Below, piece after piece: positions 1 to 1,463 of a stretch of 1,463 bases of DNA. How positions within the stretch are numbered: the stretch's first letter is position 1; each line of letters starts with the position of its first letter. The position numbers and the translations under genes were made by a program. Origin of the DNA: Escherichia coli (GTDB taxonomy: Bacteria > Pseudomonadota > Gammaproteobacteria > Enterobacterales > Enterobacteriaceae); NCBI RefSeq assembly GCF_003334405.1, contig NZ_QOWM01000043.1; one strand, given 5' to 3'. The notes below the pieces were generated by a model, which did no database searches, was not told the origin of the DNA, and saw only the letters and a list, made by a program, of their open reading frames with translations.

Positions 1-1449
<1,449 letters not shown>

Positions 1450-1463
1450 CCTTAAAGAAGCGT
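1450..1463 (+). other. Start of the 16S-23S internal transcribed spacer (ITS) of an rrn operon; part of the precursor sequence that flanks the mature 16S 3' end
   Basis: CCTTAAAGAAGCGT follows directly after the conserved mature 16S 3' terminus ...CACCTCCTTA at 1449. This matches the recalled start of enterobacterial rrn spacers. Only 14 nt are visible, so the spacer type (tRNA-Glu versus tRNA-Ile/tRNA-Ala) cannot be determined. Confidence 0.8.

Overview
The whole window is a single ribosomal RNA gene with no protein-coding content and no sign of a novel system. Positions 1-1449 (+ strand) are a 5'-truncated 16S rRNA gene (rrs) of Escherichia/Shigella type within Enterobacteriaceae; the missing ~93 nt of the 5' end lie upstream of the window. 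The mature 3' end (…GGATCACCTCCTTA, anti-Shine-Dalgarno CCTCC at 1442-1446) falls at 1449, and 1450-1463 is the first 14 nt of the 16S-23S intergenic spacer. All three ORFs in the six-frame track lie inside the rRNA and are artefacts. Universal 16S landmark sites sit at a constant offset of +93 from E. coli numbering, so there is no insertion or intervening sequence. Everything here is from reading the sequence and recalling reference sequences; no alignment or search was run.
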